A stretch of DNA of 64,000 bases. It comes from an uncultured Clostridia bacterium. GTDB lineage: Bacteria > Bacillota > Clostridia > TANB77 > CAG-508. Under the pieces are notes generated by a model. It made no database searches, was not told where the DNA came from, and saw only the letters and a list, made by a program, of their open reading frames with translations. Where the stretch lies: the NCBI GenBank assembly GCA_963931155.1, contig OZ006978.1, positions 1,300,692-1,364,691 of the forward strand. The letters are read 5' to 3'. Every line of letters begins with the position of its first letter. Position 1 is the first letter of the stretch. This document shows positions 60,902-64,000 of this stretch, one piece after another. Both the position numbers and the translations under genes were made by a program.

Positions 60902-62524
60902 ATGATATCTACTTTGCATATAAAAAATATAGGAATTATAGAGGATATAATAATTGATTTTAACGAAGGATTTAATGTTTTAACAGGTGAAACTGGTGCA
61001 GGAAAATCTTTAATAATAAATGCATTAAATATAATTTCTGGAGGAAGATTTTCAAAAGAGATGATTCGAAATGGAGAAAAAAATTCTTTTGTTGAAGCAA
61101 GTATATATTGCCCTGAAAATCCACATTCTGTTGATGGAAATATTATAGTTTCTAGAGAAATATATATAAATGGAAGAAACTCATGTAAAATAAACGGAAG
61201 ATTAGTTACAGTAAATGAATTAAAAGAATTTATGCAAGATTTAATAGATATACATGGTCAACAAGATAACTATAATTTATTAGATGAAACCAAACATATA
61301 TCATATTTGGATGACTTTGCAGGAAAAGAATTAATAAAATTAAAATCAGAGTATTATTCATTATTTGAAAGATATTGTAATATAAATAAAGAATTAAGCA
61401 AAAATTATGGGGATGACAAAGAAAAAGAAAGAAGATTAGATTTATTAAACTATGAATTAAAAGAAATCACAAATGCAAAATTAAAAATTAATGAGGATAT
61501 AAAATTACAAGAAGAACATAATATAATGAAAAATTCTGAAAAATTACAAGAAAACCTACATATAGTAGATGATAGCTTATCCAATCAAGCAATAGAAAGT
61601 ATTTCTATATCTATAAGAAGCTTAGAAAAAATATCAAACTTTGGCAATCAGTATGAAGAAAAACTTTCTGAATTAAAGAATATTTATTATGAAGTACAAG
61701 AATTAGCAAGAGATATTTCCATAATGAATGATGAAATCAGTTTTGATGAGGAAGAAAGAGATGTAATAGAAAAAAGATTGGACGAAATCTATTCTTTAAA
61801 AAGGAAATATGGCAATACTATAGAAGAAATACTTTTATATAAAGAAAAATTAGAAAACGAAATAAATGAAATAGAAAATGTTGATGAAATTAATAATAAA
61901 TTAAAACAAGAAAAGCAAGAAATAGAACAAAAAATGCTAAAAATATGTAATAATATAACAGCCATAAGAATAGAAAAAGCAAAAGAATTATCAAATTTAA
62001 TAAATAAAGAACTATCAGATTTAGAAATGTATAATGCAGTATTAAGAGTTGAAGTAGAAAACAAAAATGAATTCGATAGAAATGGTTTGAATAAAGTAAA
62101 ATTTTTAATATCAACAAATAAAGGGGAAGAAGAAAAAGAATTAACTAAAATTGCATCTGGTGGAGAAATGTCAAGAGTAATGCTGGGAATAAAAACAGTT
62201 TTAGCAGATGTAGACAAAGTATATACCCTAATATTTGATGAAATAGATACAGGAATTAGTGGAAAAGCAGCAAAAGCTGTAGGAGAAAAATTGAGAAAGA
62301 TTTCTAATAATCATCAAGTTATAATAGTAACGCACCTAGCTTCAATTGCGGCAAAAGGTGACTATAACTACTTTATAAGCAAAAATATTAAAAATGATAA
62401 AACATATACAAAAGTAAGGTTATTAAATGAAGAAGAAACAATAAAAGAAATTGCAAGAATATCAACTGGGGATATAACAAAAACATCTTTAGAACATGCA
62501 AAAGAATTAAGAAAAGTATCTTAA
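60902..62524 (+). CDS. recN: DNA repair protein RecN
   Basis: LTGETGAGKS, IHGQ, IASGGEMSR, IFDEIDTGISG, VTHL. Confidence 0.96.
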   Translation: MISTLHIKNIGIIEDIIIDFNEGFNVLTGETGAGKSLIINALNIISGGRFSKEMIRNGEKNSFVEASIYCPENPHSVDGNIIVSREIYINGRNSCKINGRLVTVNELKEFMQDLIDIHGQQDNYNLLDETKHISYLDDFAGKELIKLKSEYYSLFERYCNINKELSKNYGDDKEKERRLDLLNYELKEITNAKLKINEDIKLQEEHNIMKNSEKLQENLHIVDDSLSNQAIESISISIRSLEKISNFGNQYEEKLSELKNIYYEVQELARDISIMNDEISFDEEERDVIEKRLDEIYSLKRKYGNTIEEILLYKEKLENEINEIENVDEINNKLKQEKQEIEQKMLKICNNITAIRIEKAKELSNLINKELSDLEMYNAVLRVEVENKNEFDRNGLNKVKFLISTNKGEEEKELTKIASGGEMSRVMLGIKTVLADVDKVYTLIFDEIDTGISGKAAKAVGEKLRKISNNHQVIIVTHLASIAAKGDYNYFISKNIKNDKTYTKVRLLNEEETIKEIARISTGDITKTSLEHAKELRKVS

Positions 62525-62697
62525 AATTTTTTCATACTTTTTATCTAAAAAAGAGCAATTATTAAAATTTATAGTGTTTTAGTAATTTATATTATATAAT
62601 TGGTTTACAAAAACAGTAAAATATTATATAATATTGAACGTATAAGGTATTATAATATTAGAAATAGAAGAGCATAAATGCTCGAATGGAGGTTTTT

Positions 62698-64000
62698 ATG
62701 AGTGAGAATAGCAATAGTAATGTAGAACAAGAATTAGATATGAACCAATTAATGAAGGTAAGAAAAGAAAAATTAGATAAATTAAAAGAAGAAGGTAAAG
62801 ATCCTTATAGAATTACTAAATTTAATAGAACACATTTAAGCCAAGAAATAAAAGAAAATTATGATGAATTAGAAGGAAAAGATGTTACTATAGCAGGAAG
62901 ATTAATGGCAAAAAGGATAATGGGAAAAGCATCATTTTGTCATATTCAAGATAGTACCGGAAAAATTCAGAGTTATGTAAGTATAAATGATTTAGGAGAA
63001 GAAAGTTATAAAGCTTTTAAAGAAGATGATATAGGAGATATTGTAGGAATAACTGGTTTTGTATTTAAAACAAGAACAGGAGAGATTTCAATTCATGCAA
63101 AAGAATTTACACTTCTTTCAAAATCGTTAAGACCACTTCCAGAAAAATTTCACGGATTAAAAGATACAGACTTAAGATATAGACAAAGATATGTAGATTT
63201 AATAGTTAATCCAGAAGTAAAAGATACATTCATAAAAAGAACAGAAATAATAAAAGAAATGAGAAGAATTCTTGATGAGAAAAAATATGTTGAAGTAGAA
63301 ACACCAATATTAAATACAATTCCGGGTGGTGCTAATGCAAGACCATTCATCACACATCACAATTCACTAGACATAGATATGTATTTAAGAATTGCAACAG
63401 AACTATATTTAAAAAGATTAATAGTTGGTGGTTTTGATAGAGTATATGAAATAGGAAGAATATTCAGAAATGAAGGAATGGATATAAAACACAATCCTGA
63501 ATTTACAACTATAGAATTATATCAAGCATATGCAAACTTAAATGATATGATGGATATCACAGAAGAATTAATTACAAAGATTGCAATGAAAGTATTAGGA
63601 ACAACAAAAATTACTTATCAAGGACAAGAAATAGACTTAACACCAGGAACATGGAGAAGAATTACAATGATAGATGCTGTAAAAGAAGTGACTGGAGTTG
63701 ATTTCCATACAATTAATACTGGTGAGGAGGCTGTTGAAGCGGCTAAAAAAGCTGGAGTTCCTGTAGACCCAATAAAAACAACAAGAGGAGATATTATAGC
63801 AGCATTCTTTGATGAGAAAGTTGAAGAAACATTAATACAACCAACATTTATATATGAATATCCAATAGAAAATTCTCCACTAGCTAAGAAAACAGAAAAA
63901 GATGAAAGAATGACACAAAGATTTGAATTATTTATAGGTGGTAGAGAATATGCAAACGCATTCTCAGAATTAAATGACCCAATAGATCAATATGAAAGAT
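62698..64000 (+). CDS. lysS: Lysine--tRNA ligase (class II), truncated by window end
   Basis: Read manually: [64 protein letters not shown]; not in the ORF track. Confidence 0.96.
   Translation, partial: MSENSNSNVEQELDMNQLMKVRKEKLDKLKEEGKDPYRITKFNRTHLSQEIKENYDELEGKDVTIAGRLMAKRIMGKASFCHIQDSTGKIQSYVSINDLGEESYKAFKEDDIGDIVGITGFVFKTRTGEISIHAKEFTLLSKSLRPLPEKFHGLKDTDLRYRQRYVDLIVNPEVKDTFIKRTEIIKEMRRILDEKKYVEVETPILNTIPGGANARPFITHHNSLDIDMYLRIATELYLKRLIVGGFDRVYEIGRIFRNEGMDIKHNPEFTTIELYQAYANLNDMMDITEELITKIAMKVLGTTKITYQGQEIDLTPGTWRRITMIDAVKEVTGVDFHTINTGEEAVEAAKKAGVPVDPIKTTRGDIIAAFFDEKVEETLIQPTFIYEYPIENSPLAKKTEKDERMTQRFELFIGGREYANAFSELNDPIDQYER

Overview
AT-rich chromosomal segment from a spore-forming, probably genome-reduced Clostridia-type bacterium. 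Almost all genes are on the + strand: spoIVB, rpsO-pnp, asp23-amaP-nusB-xseAB-fhs, sleB, miaB-mutS, efp, recJ-relA-hisS, spoIIP, MarR plus ABC pair, pgi, a sortase-anchored C1 protease, T-box-thrS, recN and a truncated lysS. tRNA-Trp and tmRNA lie on the - strand. Main finding: two minus-strand genes, a U32/DUF3656 (RlhA-like) gene and an M23 peptidase gene, are broken by four +1 frame shifts. All four fall exactly at an in-frame CGG codon, and skipping one base restores a GGN glycine codon and the downstream frame (GCT-C-GGA, AAA-C-GGA, CTT-C-GGA, TCT-C-GGT). A manual scan found no other in-frame CGG in the AT-rich genes. This points to CGG acting as a +1 recoding signal (CGGN read as Gly), although an assembly artefact is not excluded. 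Four solitary GC-rich genes do contain in-frame CGG. Also noted: a tRNA-Trp(CCA) with a mismatched top anticodon-stem pair, no TGA stop in 52 genes, several dispersed structured repeat families, an adjacent small alarmone hydrolase/synthetase pair and two HTH-repeat proteins. All analysis was by eye; no database searches were run.
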